64,000 bases of DNA from Dehalococcoidia bacterium (GCA_965217175.1 OZ244251.1:3346686-3410685); one strand, 5' to 3'. Counted from the first letter of the stretch, positions 1 through 10,344 are shown. Translations and numbers: made by a program. Notes: a model not told the origin generated them from the letters alone.

Positions 1-284
1 AGGTCCTGATGCTCCGCGATAATCTTTTCGCCGTCGTATACCAGCACTTCGTGCACCTTGGCGTGAGAGCGCGCACGGAATGCCACCGACACCGATTCTG
101 CCTTGGTGTGGTTGCCGTCATGGACGGTGGGCGTGGGTATGGCGAAATGCAGCCAGGTATTCTGGCCTTCGTTGCCCTCAATTCGCACGAACGGCCCGCA
201 GTGGCGCACCGACGTAATGCGGTTCAAGTATTCTCCGGTCATGGCGGAGCCGTGTACCCAGGAAGTGAATTTTTGACCTGCCAT
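1..284 (-). CDS. hypothetical protein (N-terminal part only; the gene runs off the left edge)
   Basis: Minus-strand ATG at 284-282 with GGAGG (297-293) 8 nt upstream. The frame is open to position 1 (MAGQKFTSWVHGSAMTGEYLNRITSVRHCGPFVRIEGNEG...) with GC-rich third positions. The opposing + ORF 9..290 looks like antisense noise. No family recognised. Confidence 0.5.
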   Translation of the reverse strand, partial: MAGQKFTSWVHGSAMTGEYLNRITSVRHCGPFVRIEGNEGQNTWLHFAIPTPTVHDGNHTKAESVSVAFRARSHAKVHEVLVYDGEKIIAEHQD

Positions 285-349
285 CGTTAGAACCTCCGGC
301 CGAGAGAGCGATTGTCTGAATTTCTGGTCATTATAGCGTTGTTGACGAT

Positions 350-889
350 TCAATGGGTTCTGGCCGGATCGCGTTCCATTTCCAGCAATCTGGTCTTGAC
401 ATCGAGGCCACCGGCGCCGTAGCCGTGCAGGTTGCCACCACTGCCGATCACTCGGTGACAGGGAACAACCAGAACCAGGCGGTTTTTGGCCATGGCCTGC
501 CCAGCTGCCCGGGCTGCCCTGGGACTGCCGGCGGCATTGGCCAGCCATTTATACGAGCGCGTCTCTCCCGGTGGAATGGTTCGGCATGCTTCCCATGCTG
601 CCCCGTAAAACGCCGAAACTTCTTCCATATCCAGAGTAATTCGAGCCAGAGCGGCGTTGTCGCCACCGAAATAGTCGCCAAATGCGGTGAGTGATTCTGC
701 AAACATCGCCGCATTTTCTTCGGCGATTTGCAGCTTGGCTCCCAATCCGTCCAGCGCTTCCCCGGGATCAGGCTGGAGGCTAACGCGCTGCAAGCCCCGC
801 TCAGTGCCCAACAAAGCCAGCCAGCCCACCGGACACTTTTCCAGGTGGTAATAATAACGAGTCTGGGGAATGTCAATTTTGTTGCTCAT
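350..889 (-). CDS. ogt: methylated-DNA--protein-cysteine methyltransferase (Ogt/MGMT family)
   Basis: The C-terminal half has the active-site PCHRV motif (LVLVVPCHRVIGSGGNLHGYGAGG) and the typical upstream RTIPPGETRSY segment. I place the start at MSNKIDIP (ATG 889), downstream of the maximal ORF start at 913. Confidence 0.88.
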   Translation of the reverse strand: MSNKIDIPQTRYYYHLEKCPVGWLALLGTERGLQRVSLQPDPGEALDGLGAKLQIAEENAAMFAESLTAFGDYFGGDNAALARITLDMEEVSAFYGAAWEACRTIPPGETRSYKWLANAAGSPRAARAAGQAMAKNRLVLVVPCHRVIGSGGNLHGYGAGGLDVKTRLLEMERDPARTH

Positions 890-1033
890 TGGTAATGTAC
901 TCCAGTGTCCCACGCCAGCGCTCCGGCTGGTGTCCCGTTTATGCGATCCGGTATCTTACGCCCACCGGCCTCAATCCCGTCAACGGGTCGGTGTCACTGG
1001 CGCGCCGCGAACCAGGGCGACCCCCCAACAACT

Positions 1034-3706
1034 CTAAGTTTCCCGGCGTCTCAGGGTGTGAAGAGCCAAGGGTATGCGCAACCCGCGCCAGGCCCTCACA
1101 ACACTTTCGTCGGGTGAACCCGCAGAGCGTTGGCGGCCCGAGTATGTTTCGCCCACGTACGCATCCACGATTGTCAATATGTCCCGTCGTTGTGCGGGCA
1201 ACGCAGTGGACACCGTGGCAGCCCACTGGTGTGGAGTTTCGTAAGGCCGGGGACCCAAAGAAGCGAACCGGCTCAGGCGACGCAAACGCCGATAGACGCC
1301 AACACTGTTGGACGGAGTGGCCAGCAGCCAGCGCCAGACGATTCCGGCCACGGCTGCCAACAGCGCCGCCGTGGCGGCGATGCCGATGATCCAGGGCAGG
1401 CTATTACTCCATACGGTCCGCCACCGTATCCCGCCGTCGGCAAATAACTCCAGGTCTTCATCACTAAATCCCGACTCTATTTCCTCGCATTCATCTTCAA
1501 ATTCGCACGGTAACTCGCCCGGATCTACGAATTCGTCAAGGGAACTCTGTTCCGGCTGGGCTTGTGGCTCCACCACAATCGGAATGTCTCTCCCCGGAGT
1601 GGGTTCAAACGGGATCCAGCCATACCCCTGGAAATACACTTCGGCCCACCCATGGCTGTGGTGGTCAGAGACAACGTACGTTTGCGAATCCCGGATCCGG
1701 GTACCGATGGAGTAACCCGTGACCATGCGCGCCGGAATTCCCAGGCTGCGCATCAACACGGTCATGGCTGAACCGAAATACTCGCTGTAACCTTGACGGC
1801 TATCGAAAAGGAAGTAATCCACGCCGTCCTCACCGAACGGCGGCGGTTCGATCTCCAGGTTGTAATCCAGCGAATTCTTCAGGTATTGTTCCACAGCCAC
1901 CGCTTTTTCGTGTGGGGTTTCGGCGCCGGCGGTAATCTGGCGGGCCAACTCCGCAACCCGAGGCGGCATGTCGGGCGGCAACTGGGTGTAACGGGTCCAA
2001 ACCCACGGAGCATAGTCATCGTTTGCGGTATTGAGATCTTCTGCCGTTGCCGTCGACACCGCCGACGTAACCTGGTAGGGCACCCCAGAATCGGCGGTGC
2101 TTCCCGCGGCTCGCACTGCCAAAACATCGGGCATATTTGGCACGAACTCCCCAACTATGGCCGTTTGAACCACGCCAATGTCATCGCGCTCCACAGATTC
2201 CAGCAAGAAATTTGAAGGTAGATTGGCAGCTATGATTTCATCCGCCGCCGCCGGGTCTTGAGCCGTTGCGTCCCTCACCGCCCGCACCGCCATGGCCAAT
2301 GTGGACGGTATCCCCTCTGGAAGCGCCCCGGCGTAGGGATCAATCACATACCGTGGTGAGTCGAAAGTCTCCAACCGGACGTCACGGTTGGCGCCGACGG
2401 TAAGGCCACCCGCAAACAGACTGCGGCTCTCATAATTCGGGACTACCTCAAACGTAACGTTGAACCGTTCTTGATCGGGATCCACTCGGCTGTACTCAGG
2501 TTGCCACCCGGGTTCCTTCAGCACCGTGCCCTCCGATAGCCAGCCCTCGTGGGTGTAGGTAGCGTAGGAACGCGCTTTCCAGTACAGGGGAATCGGGGAG
2601 TTGATCTGCAATACAGGGGTATCCGTGGGGTTGATTGTCCCCTGGAATGCCATTGCGTCGCCCCAAATCCGATAGGGCAGCGGCTTACGGGCTGGCAGCC
2701 CGGCGAACAAACGGTTGAAATCCTCTTCCCAACGCACCAGCGGGGATCGGGTATAGTCGTACACCTTGTTGGCCGGGCCCCATTGGCCGCCCACGGGCAA
2801 CAGGAACGCGATAAGCAAAGCCACCAATGCAACCAAAACCGTGTCGCTAACAGTCAGGATTCCCAAATGCCCGTCGTAAACGCGCCCCTGGGAATCCCAC
2901 TGCTGGCGCGCCCTCATTGACTGCAACCAACCAACCAGAAGCAAAGCCGTAAACAGGTAGACTCCCAGATACACGCTGGCCTGGGCTGGCAAAAAAGTCA
3001 GATTGGAGAGCAATCCGACCGCCCCCAACGCAAAAACTGCCCAGAAACTCCGTCGGCGGAAAAATAACCACCCACCCAGGAATCCGATCAGCCAGGCCGC
3101 AGTCATCAACCCCACCCCAAACGGCAGCGGGTCGACGCTGATCCCTTCAGCGCGGGCAGCCGCGACCCAGGCGGCCAGCCTGCCAAAGAGTTCACCGGCA
3201 GATGCCAACCTTAATTCTTCGGGCGACGATGCGGTCATCTGCCAGATAATCACACCACCGCCGATGGCCAGACCGGCGGGTATCAGAACAGCCGCCCAGA
3301 GTTTGATGCGGCTCAGCACCAGGGCCGTCAATATTCCGATGCCCAGCACCAGTACCAGGGGTGGCGTCGGGGCCCAGTCTGCCACTTCCACAGACCACAC
3401 GACGATGGTTAAGTTCAGGGTCAGAAGTCCCGCGGCTGCCCACCCATCCGGCGGCCGAAGGGCCACCAGCGCCGCCAACAGCCGGAACAGGAACGCAGAT
3501 ACAAACGGAGTCCGGCGTTCTGCGGGAGGCCGTTGCGTCAGTCCAGGTGCTGCAGTGGTTAGAGTTGCCATAAAACTACCAGGTGCGGGCCAAGTATAAG
3601 CGAATCTGTTTCGCATACCCGGGTGTTGCCAACGTTGTATACGGCTCTCGTTTGCCTGGATGCCCGGATTGTCATGCGAGCTTTTCCCAGTCGCTGCCAC
3701 GCGCAT
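1034..3706 (-). CDS. transglutaminase-like membrane protein (TgpA-type: N-terminal multi-TM region, transglutaminase core, DUF4129-like tail)
   Basis: Several hydrophobic helices at the N-terminus. Transglutaminase core: GYSEYFGSAMTVLMRSLGIPARMVTGY...HSHGWAEVYFQGYGWIPFEPTPG. One more TM helix and an Arg-rich tail follow. Last gene of the MoxR-DUF58-TGase arrangement. The start is uncertain: maximal ORF 3706, alternative ATG 3571 (MATLTTAAPG). Confidence 0.85.
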   Translation of the reverse strand: MRVAATGKSSHDNPGIQANESRIQRWQHPGMRNRFAYTWPAPGSFMATLTTAAPGLTQRPPAERRTPFVSAFLFRLLAALVALRPPDGWAAAGLLTLNLTIVVWSVEVADWAPTPPLVLVLGIGILTALVLSRIKLWAAVLIPAGLAIGGGVIIWQMTASSPEELRLASAGELFGRLAAWVAAARAEGISVDPLPFGVGLMTAAWLIGFLGGWLFFRRRSFWAVFALGAVGLLSNLTFLPAQASVYLGVYLFTALLLVGWLQSMRARQQWDSQGRVYDGHLGILTVSDTVLVALVALLIAFLLPVGGQWGPANKVYDYTRSPLVRWEEDFNRLFAGLPARKPLPYRIWGDAMAFQGTINPTDTPVLQINSPIPLYWKARSYATYTHEGWLSEGTVLKEPGWQPEYSRVDPDQERFNVTFEVVPNYESRSLFAGGLTVGANRDVRLETFDSPRYVIDPYAGALPEGIPSTLAMAVRAVRDATAQDPAAADEIIAANLPSNFLLESVERDDIGVVQTAIVGEFVPNMPDVLAVRAAGSTADSGVPYQVTSAVSTATAEDLNTANDDYAPWVWTRYTQLPPDMPPRVAELARQITAGAETPHEKAVAVEQYLKNSLDYNLEIEPPPFGEDGVDYFLFDSRQGYSEYFGSAMTVLMRSLGIPARMVTGYSIGTRIRDSQTYVVSDHHSHGWAEVYFQGYGWIPFEPTPGRDIPIVVEPQAQPEQSSLDEFVDPGELPCEFEDECEEIESGFSDEDLELFADGGIRWRTVWSNSLPWIIGIAATAALLAAVAGIVWRWLLATPSNSVGVYRRLRRLSRFASLGPRPYETPHQWAATVSTALPAQRRDILTIVDAYVGETYSGRQRSAGSPDESVVRAWRGLRIPLALHTLRRRET

Positions 3707-3741
3707 CGATCAACAGCCGAGTCCATCCAATCAACGTCATA

Positions 3742-5067
3742 TCAATCCGCAGTGACCGGGGAGGTTGATGCGACCGAATGGGATTCCGTGTTGGCGGCTT
3801 CCCGCCGACGCTCCGCCGCTCGCTGTATGCCCGTTACCAATGGCGCCGAAAGCGCACGATTCAGATCTTCTCCCTGACGCACCAGGTAAAGGGGAATGTC
3901 GTGTTGCGCCAGGAATTCGGCGGTCACCTGCCCGGTTGCACCCGGCGCTGCCCTGCTGTCCAGCGGTACGAAGGACGTAGAATCTATGTAGCAAACCGCC
4001 ACGTTAACGCCCTGTCGACGCAATCCAACCAGAACCGGCGCCCATTCCATCCTGCGCGACGGTGTAACCACCATCAGCGTGTTGAACCCGGATAAGTGCG
4101 GGCGCAGGTCGAAAATGAACCGTTCCAGCGGCGACGACCCATCAGCCTGCACCGCTGCCAACGTTTCCATCAACATGCCCAATTGGGCCGGTCTACGATC
4201 GGGTTTCAACATCCAGTGGGCGGACGCGTTCGCCGCCAACCCCACCGGCACAGCACTTTGCTCGAGTCGGCGAATCAACGATGCAGCAACAGTAACCGAT
4301 AATTCTTCAGTGTTGTCGGGCGGGGCGCCCACGTGGGATCGTCGTTCCATGTCCAACAGCACCCACGCCTGCGCCGACACACCTATATCAAACTCTTTGA
4401 CCATCAATTTGTTCATGCGGGCAGTGTAAGGCCAATGAATCCGTCGCCACCCATCTCCGGGGTTGTACTCCCGCACCCCGGATGATTCAGGTGTGATTGA
4501 CATGGCCCGGCGAGACAGCCCGGTGTCGCTGGGCAGGCTGGCAAACCGGTGATCCAGGTTGGGCAGGGGAACCGTTAAAGGCAGCACGGTGTATTGTTGT
4601 TCATCGAGGAAAGTACGGCTCAGGCGGAACATACCAAATGGGTCTCGCGCGGTAACGCGGATTCTGCCGGTTCGATACACTCCTCGCCGCGCCAGGTAAG
4701 TGGCAATCCTGAACGCGCGTTGTTGGCCCCGCACCAGCGCGATGGTGCGTCCGCCGGCATTGGGTAAATCGGTTTCTTCCACCACCTCCAGCCACGACTT
4801 CGGCATTCTCGTCCGGTTGACCATTTGAACCAGGCCTTCCAGGTATCCCCCCACCTGACCGCGCGTATCCAACCGCGTTAATCGCACGCTTATTCCACGC
4901 AGATTGAGCCACGCCCATGCGTAGCCAACCAGGGTCAGCAGCACCAACACGAACCACAACCGGTAGAAGAATGCGAATCCGGTGCCCATGGCGTACAGCA
5001 GTACAACCAACATCAGCAGAGAGTACTGTAACTTACGTCGGTGTCGCCTTAGCGTTTGCCTGATCAT
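3742..5067 (-). CDS. DUF58 domain-containing protein (vWA-like, MoxR-associated)
   Basis: Two N-terminal TM helices, then the characteristic REYNPGDGWRRIHWPYTARMNKLMVKEFD motif of DUF58 proteins. Sits between a MoxR ATPase and a transglutaminase-like gene. Confidence 0.85.
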   Translation of the reverse strand: MIRQTLRRHRRKLQYSLLMLVVLLYAMGTGFAFFYRLWFVLVLLTLVGYAWAWLNLRGISVRLTRLDTRGQVGGYLEGLVQMVNRTRMPKSWLEVVEETDLPNAGGRTIALVRGQQRAFRIATYLARRGVYRTGRIRVTARDPFGMFRLSRTFLDEQQYTVLPLTVPLPNLDHRFASLPSDTGLSRRAMSITPESSGVREYNPGDGWRRIHWPYTARMNKLMVKEFDIGVSAQAWVLLDMERRSHVGAPPDNTEELSVTVAASLIRRLEQSAVPVGLAANASAHWMLKPDRRPAQLGMLMETLAAVQADGSSPLERFIFDLRPHLSGFNTLMVVTPSRRMEWAPVLVGLRRQGVNVAVCYIDSTSFVPLDSRAAPGATGQVTAEFLAQHDIPLYLVRQGEDLNRALSAPLVTGIQRAAERRREAANTESHSVASTSPVTAD

Positions 5068-5394
5068 CGTTTGTTAGTGGCTCCTGACTGTCGGAAACGC
5101 GGTTGTCTCCACCCCGTTGATCGCCATCATGACCCAACATGCCCGCACTTTACCGGCGAATTCCTCCAGATCGTGCAGCGAAATGCGACTAAAAAATATC
5201 GCCTCCAAGCTGTGCCCCACTAGTCGACGGGTGCCCATTAACCTTCCGGATGACCCGTTCCCATGAACAAACCCTTTGCGCGCGTTTTTCAGGTGCCTTA
5301 TGACTCCCGAGCCGCGCAGTTCAAATAGGAGTAGAACCGGGTTGTGATCCCCTATTCTCAGTTCCCAGGCTCAGGGTTAAGGCCGTGGCCCCAA

Positions 5395-6381
5395 TTATCG
5401 AGCGCCGGGCACCGGCACGGTATTGAGCAGTTCGGCCACGAGTTGCTCCGTGCGCACGCCTCGCATCCGCGACGCTGGCGTCAACACAATTCGGTGGGAG
5501 AGAACAGAGGGAGCCAACTCTTTCACATCATCCGGCAGCACGTAATCGCGTCCCCGCAACAGCGCCATTGCACGGGAGGCGCGGAAAAGTCCCAGGGAAG
5601 CCCGCGGCGACGCGCCCAGTGTGGTATCAACATGTTCCCGGGTCGCTTCCGCCAGCGCAACTATGTACTCCCGAACCAGCCCGTCAACGTATATCTCCTG
5701 CGCGACCGTCTGCATTGACAGCACCTGTTCCGGATTCGCCACCGCCTGCAGATCCGTAATTGGATGCGTATGTTCCTGTTGCGCGATGATCGTCATTTCC
5801 TCGGCAAACTTGGGATATCCCACGCTCATGCGTATCAAAAACCGGTCCAGCTGCGCTTCAGGCAACGGGAAGGTACCTTCATATTCGATAGAGTTCTGGG
5901 TTGCTATCACCAGGAAAGGTGGCGGCAGCGGATGAGTAATGCCGTCAACCGTTATCTGACGCTCTTCCATTGCTTCCAGAAGCGCAGATTGCGTCTTGGG
6001 CGTAGCTCGGTTGATTTCGTCGGCTAGGACCAATTGCGCGGCGATTGGCCCGGACCGGAAGCTGAATTCCTCGGTGGACTGGTTGTATACCGACACTCCT
6101 GTAACGTCACTGGGTAGCAAGTCCGGTGTGAACTGAATGCGGGAGAACGTACCACCGATCGATATTGCAAGCGCTCGGGCCAGCATCGTTTTGCCAACGC
6201 CTGGCACATCTTCCACCAGAATATGCCCTTCCGCGATGAGTGCAGCCAGCGCCTGTTCAATTACTTCGTCTTTCCCAACTATCACCGTGGCAATGTTTTG
6301 GGCAATACGTCGCCCTACTTCTGTAGCTTCGATGATAGTGGCCGGCAGACCGGCAGGAGCTGAAACAGCGATGTTTTGCAC
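5395..6381 (-). CDS. MoxR-family AAA+ ATPase
   Basis: [39 protein letters not shown] (Walker A), [21 protein letters not shown] (Walker B / sensor) and the C-terminal AAA-lid. I chose the GTG start at 6381 (VQNIAVSAP), preceded by GACGGAG, giving 328 aa. The 480-aa maximal ORF has an N-terminal extension that does not look protein-like. Confidence 0.88.
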   Translation of the reverse strand: MQNIAVSAPAGLPATIIEATEVGRRIAQNIATVIVGKDEVIEQALAALIAEGHILVEDVPGVGKTMLARALAISIGGTFSRIQFTPDLLPSDVTGVSVYNQSTEEFSFRSGPIAAQLVLADEINRATPKTQSALLEAMEERQITVDGITHPLPPPFLVIATQNSIEYEGTFPLPEAQLDRFLIRMSVGYPKFAEEMTIIAQQEHTHPITDLQAVANPEQVLSMQTVAQEIYVDGLVREYIVALAEATREHVDTTLGASPRASLGLFRASRAMALLRGRDYVLPDDVKELAPSVLSHRIVLTPASRMRGVRTEQLVAELLNTVPVPGAR

Positions 6382-6562
6382 GGCAATACTCCGTCGCTGG
6401 GTTAAATGAACCTGACGCCAGTGTAGCATAGGAATGTGGCTGGCATTTCTAATCCCAACGGATCGGGCCCGATTCGTCGGGATGGGACCAGGGTGGGCCC
6501 GATAACAGGCCACATCGCCGTTGGGACGGCGAAATCCCGGCGGCTCGCCTCGCTTTCCTTTC

Positions 6563-6590
6563 TTCACAAAACCGCTCCTGTCTTTATAAT
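6563..6590 (+). promoter_or_regulatory. candidate sigma70-type promoter for the thioredoxin-fold lipoprotein operon
   Basis: TTCACA (6563-6568), 16-nt spacer, perfect TATAAT (6585-6590), about 140 nt upstream of ATG 6731. A 7-bp inverted repeat TGCGGAT-N10-ATCCGCA (6625-6648) lies in the predicted leader. Pattern match only. Confidence 0.3.
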
Positions 6591-6730
6591 GCCGTTCCTG
6601 GAATGCCACCACTGACCTTCGCACTGCGGATCGTTCCAGCAATCCGCAATCAGGATGCGGGCGTATACTTATTACGAAACACGGGCACGAACCGGTGTTG
6701 TACATATAGCGATTCGCGTGAGGAGTTTTC

Positions 6731-8050
6731 ATGCCGTCGACATTCAGTTCGCCTCGTGGCGTCCTTGTTGCGCTGATAATCGTCCTGGTGACGGCAGCGC
6801 TGGCGTGCGGGGCATCCACAGCGCCGGACGGTACCACTGGTCCGGTGGAATCCGAAACCCAAGCTCCGCAGGCGGCAGACGGGCAAACGGTCGAACCCGC
6901 ATCAGATGCTGCTCAGGGGGAGTCCACTCCCCAGACACCTCCGACGGTTTCGGCAGCGCGCCAATCAATAATCGCGGACATCCCTGAAATCTCCGGCATC
7001 AGCGCCTGGCTGAACACAGACGCCGAACTGTCTATCGCTGAATTAACTGCCGAGGGCAAGGTGGTGCTGGTAGATTTTTGGACGTACACCTGCGTCAACT
7101 GTATCCGAACGCTCCCTTACCTGCGTGATTGGTGGGCACAGTATGAGGACGATGGCCTGGTCATCCTGGGTATCCACGCTCCTGAGTTCGAATTCGAAAA
7201 AGACTACGACAACGTGGTTGACGCGGTGGCCTCCTACGAGATCGGCTGGCCGGTGGCGCAGGACAACGACATGGAAACATGGCGTAACTTCGAAAACCGG
7301 TTCTGGCCCGCCAAGTACCTGTTCAGCAGTCGAGGTGAACAGATTTACCGCCATTTCGGCGAGGGTTCTTACGGCGAAACTGAGCAACGTATTCGCGAGG
7401 CTCTGGTAGAAGCTGGCGCCGATTTGTCAGACGACCCGCTGAATCTGCCCCAGGATCAGGTGCGAGACTCAGCTTTTCAGCAAGCCGGATCTTCTGGCTC
7501 CGCGCCAATAACCCCGGAACTATACGCCGGGTGGCATCGCAATTTCCTCACGCTCCAGGCCGGGCGGGCTCCGTATGTAGCACAGGTGGAGTTCTTCGAA
7601 TCGATCACTGACCCTACTGACAACGAAAGCACTGGCGTCATTGACGTTACTGTCCCGCAGGACATCAGGCAACATTCCCTATACTTCAACGGGCAATGGT
7701 CGGTGGAACCCGAACGCATCCGGCACGCTAGGCAAACCGAAAGCCTGGAAGACTACCTGGCCCTGAACTACGCGGCCAGGAGTGTGAACGTGGTGCTCAC
7801 CTCCGAATCCGGCGAACCCTACCAGGTATTTATCACCGTAGATGGGTCCATGCTGACGCCCGAAAATGCCGGTTCCGATATCCAGTTCGACGAGAGCGGG
7901 CGTTCATACCTGTTGGTGGACGAACCACGTCTATATGCCATGGTCGACAATCCCGAATACCGTCAGGAATCCGTCCTGACTATGCGGTCTAATTCCGACG
8001 ATTTCGGTATTTTCGCGTTTACGTTCGGCGTTTACTCTGAGGGTCCATGA
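6731..8050 (+). CDS. thioredoxin-fold lipoprotein resembling the soluble C-terminal part of DipZ (thioredoxin domain + beta-sandwich domain)
   Basis: GAGGAG RBS. Signal peptide ending in a lipobox-like ALAC, then a low-complexity tether. Thioredoxin domain [25 protein letters not shown]...[12 protein letters not shown]...WPVAQDND...WPAKYLF carries a CVNC redox motif. A roughly 200-aa C-terminal domain follows. Confidence 0.8.
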   Translation: MPSTFSSPRGVLVALIIVLVTAALACGASTAPDGTTGPVESETQAPQAADGQTVEPASDAAQGESTPQTPPTVSAARQSIIADIPEISGISAWLNTDAELSIAELTAEGKVVLVDFWTYTCVNCIRTLPYLRDWWAQYEDDGLVILGIHAPEFEFEKDYDNVVDAVASYEIGWPVAQDNDMETWRNFENRFWPAKYLFSSRGEQIYRHFGEGSYGETEQRIREALVEAGADLSDDPLNLPQDQVRDSAFQQAGSSGSAPITPELYAGWHRNFLTLQAGRAPYVAQVEFFESITDPTDNESTGVIDVTVPQDIRQHSLYFNGQWSVEPERIRHARQTESLEDYLALNYAARSVNVVLTSESGEPYQVFITVDGSMLTPENAGSDIQFDESGRSYLLVDEPRLYAMVDNPEYRQESVLTMRSNSDDFGIFAFTFGVYSEGP

Positions 8051-9027
8051 TGCCCCGTTTTCTCGCGCCATCAGTGGTAGTGAGCAGGTTCCTGTTCGGT
8101 TTGATCTCGTTGGGAATCGTAGTTGCGTTGGTGGGTTGTGGCGGTTCCGCCGTCCCGGAGGCTGTCACGCCGGACAACACTGCCACACAGAATGAGGCCA
8201 ACTTGATTCAGATACCCACCGTCGATGCCTCGCGAGAATTCATACGGGCCCATTTGGCCACGACCGTGCTCGATGTAGGCCAAAACCGGATCGCATTCCT
8301 CCTTGAGACGCATAAGGGTTTGATCAAGGCCCCCACAGCAGATATATCGATTGCCCACTCGGATGACACGGCGCCGGCGGCTCGGGCGACCGCGAATTTC
8401 AATCCCTGGCCGTACGGTGTTCGAGGATCATACGCCACCGCTGTCGATTTCCCGGCTCCGGGGCGTTACGTGCTGACTGCAACGGTCAGTGAAAACGACG
8501 TGCAGAGAGCGGTAGCGATTCCGGTTGACGTGTTGGCCGAGACTCCGATCCCATCGTTGGGTGATCCTGCGCCGCCCAGCGCTACCAAAGTATTGGGTGA
8601 CGGACTGGAACTGCCCCAACTGACCACCGCGTATTCTCCAGACGCCGAGCTGTACCGGCTGTCGGTATCCGACGTGGTTGCCGACGACGTACCGGCTGTC
8701 ATCGTATTCGCTACGCCCGCCTTTTGTACCAGCCCGACGTGCGGTCCCCAGGTCGACACCGTTTCAGAATTGCGCGCCGCTCACCCCGATACTGCCAACT
8801 ATGTCCACGTTGAGCTTTACGACAATCCGGCAGAGATTCAGGGCGATCTGAGTAAAAGCCGTTTGGTTCCCGCCGCCGATGAATGGGGATTCACAAGGTT
8901 GGAAGACTGGGTAAATGAATCCTGGGTATTTGTGCTCGACGCCGACGGTATCGTTCGGCACCGGTTCGAAGGATTCGCCACGCTCAATGAATTGGAAGCA
9001 GCGCTCGCCGATGTGGAAGCCTTTTAA
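8047..9027 (+). CDS. thioredoxin-fold lipoprotein (uncharacterised; C-terminal FCTSPTCGP motif)
   Basis: ATGA overlap with the upstream gene. Canonical lipobox LVGC. The C-terminal segment VIVFATPAFCTSPTCGPQVDTVSELR resembles actinobacterial/Chloroflexi TlpA-like redox lipoproteins as I remember them. The N-terminal domain is unassigned. Confidence 0.65.
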   Translation: MMPRFLAPSVVVSRFLFGLISLGIVVALVGCGGSAVPEAVTPDNTATQNEANLIQIPTVDASREFIRAHLATTVLDVGQNRIAFLLETHKGLIKAPTADISIAHSDDTAPAARATANFNPWPYGVRGSYATAVDFPAPGRYVLTATVSENDVQRAVAIPVDVLAETPIPSLGDPAPPSATKVLGDGLELPQLTTAYSPDAELYRLSVSDVVADDVPAVIVFATPAFCTSPTCGPQVDTVSELRAAHPDTANYVHVELYDNPAEIQGDLSKSRLVPAADEWGFTRLEDWVNESWVFVLDADGIVRHRFEGFATLNELEAALADVEAF

Positions 9028-9061
9028 TCAGGATCAACCTCTGTTTCACTCATCGAACACA

Positions 9062-9095
9062 CAAAACGCCAGGGAAGTACTTCCCTGGCGTTTTG
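9062..9095. terminator. bidirectional hairpin terminator between convergent genes
   Basis: Perfect 16-bp inverted repeat CAAAACGCCAGGGAAG-TA-CTTCCCTGGCGTTTTG. A-rich and T-rich flanks allow it to work on both strands. Confidence 0.7.
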
Positions 9096-9147
9096 TCATG
9101 GAGACGGAAACGGCGTGATGGCCGGCGTACCGACGCCGGTTTTCCGT

Positions 9148-10140
9148 TTAGAGTATGTGGTAAAGCAAATGATGGTCGCGCAAAACATCCTGGGCGAAGT
9201 CATTTTCCACATCACGCCACACAGAGTGAATGTGATTGGCGCCGTTTTGGATGTTGTCGAATTCCACGATGAACTGCCCACCATGAATGCGGTAGTAGTG
9301 GTCACGGCTACGGTCCAACGCACCGGCCCATACCAATCGGTAGTCATCCAAGCCGGTGTCGCGAATCCTGGCCATTCGGTCGGCGGCCACCGGCTCCGGC
9401 ACACCACCGACATACTCGGAGATAAGGGTCATCAGCATCTCTTTCTGCGTACCGTTCAGGTCACGCGCCGCCAGACCTTCATCGTTGTGTATGGCCTGCT
9501 TACTGCTGTTGTAGCCCAAAATGTCCCACGGCGCATTGTCATGGATAATTGCCTTGCCCCGTTGGCCGGCGTCCAACGATGCCATCAATTCAATGGCCAG
9601 GTCTTCGCGCTGGCCCAGAATCCGCTGACCCAGTTTCGGCCCTTTCCGCACTTCGGCGGGGTTCGCGCCCAGGAAAAACGGCGTGACGGCCAGTATCTGG
9701 TCGCCCCAAACGCTGTAATGTACGGAAAGATGGTGGCCTTCGGCGCGCCAACCCCAGGGGTCTGAACCGGTGGGATCGCCGAAAACCGTCCAGTAGTAAA
9801 GCTCTGGGTCCCTGGGCCACGTAACATGGCCCGATTCCGCTTCCAGAGGACCAAGCACCTCTTCATGCTCGATGATCAGGTTGGCCTGCCGGTTAGTTTC
9901 ATCGGTCAGACCGGTGGCCAGTAAACTCAGTGCCAGGTTGCGTTGATTCCCATCCATGTCCCGGAGTGGCAATCCGTGTCGGTTCAATGGCGGGTAGTAC
10001 CAGAAAATCCTTTCGCCATCCATGTAGTGGAACGTTGCCTTGCTGCGTTGCTCGCTGTCGAGGCTATCCATCCAGGCGCTGGCCGCATCGGACATGCTGC
10101 TGGCGACCGAAGCGTGGGGGTGCGTGTGCTGAGCCGTCAT
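9148..10140 (-). CDS. DUF3500 domain-containing protein
   Basis: The sequence pattern ...FHYMDGERIFWYYPPLNRHGLPLRDM...WGWRAEGHHLSVHYSV...YRIHGGQFIVEFDN.QNGANHIHSVWRD matches my memory of the DUF3500 family. Confidence 0.75.
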   Translation of the reverse strand: MTAQHTHPHASVASSMSDAASAWMDSLDSEQRSKATFHYMDGERIFWYYPPLNRHGLPLRDMDGNQRNLALSLLATGLTDETNRQANLIIEHEEVLGPLEAESGHVTWPRDPELYYWTVFGDPTGSDPWGWRAEGHHLSVHYSVWGDQILAVTPFFLGANPAEVRKGPKLGQRILGQREDLAIELMASLDAGQRGKAIIHDNAPWDILGYNSSKQAIHNDEGLAARDLNGTQKEMLMTLISEYVGGVPEPVAADRMARIRDTGLDDYRLVWAGALDRSRDHYYRIHGGQFIVEFDNIQNGANHIHSVWRDVENDFAQDVLRDHHLLYHIL

Positions 10141-10226
10141 CGCTGATGACCTCCTGTTGCAGACTGAATATTGAGTGTGCCGCAGTGTATGAGCCTTGCG
10201 TCTGGCATGTCAAGAACACCCAGCCA

Positions 10227-10265
10227 CTCACGCGTAACCGCTTTAATCTGTCATTGCGAGGAGCA
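10227..10265. repeat. solo left-end copy of the 47.5-kb MITE-like element
   Basis: CTCACGCGTAACCGCTTTAATCTGTCATTGCGAGGAGCA is 37/39 identical to 47544-47582. The downstream roughly 70 nt are only loosely related and I found no matching right end. Confidence 0.6.
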
Positions 10266-10344
10266 CGGGGCCAACGAGCATACAAGAGCAATGCGCTGAT
10301 GCCTACGGACGCTGTCGGCGGCCGCTGAACCCTCGATCAGAATT

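Noticed and set aside
9-290. 93-aa plus-strand ORF at the left edge
   Set aside because: The minus strand carries a better gene: strong GGAGG RBS, coding-like third positions, and a frame open to the window edge.
6382-6837. N-terminal 150-aa extension of the MoxR ORF (maximal ORF 5395-6837)
   Set aside because: The extension has no AAA+ homology and reads like non-coding sequence. It would run through the divergent promoter region and overlap the start of the 6731 gene. An internal GTG with an RBS gives the canonical roughly 330-aa MoxR.
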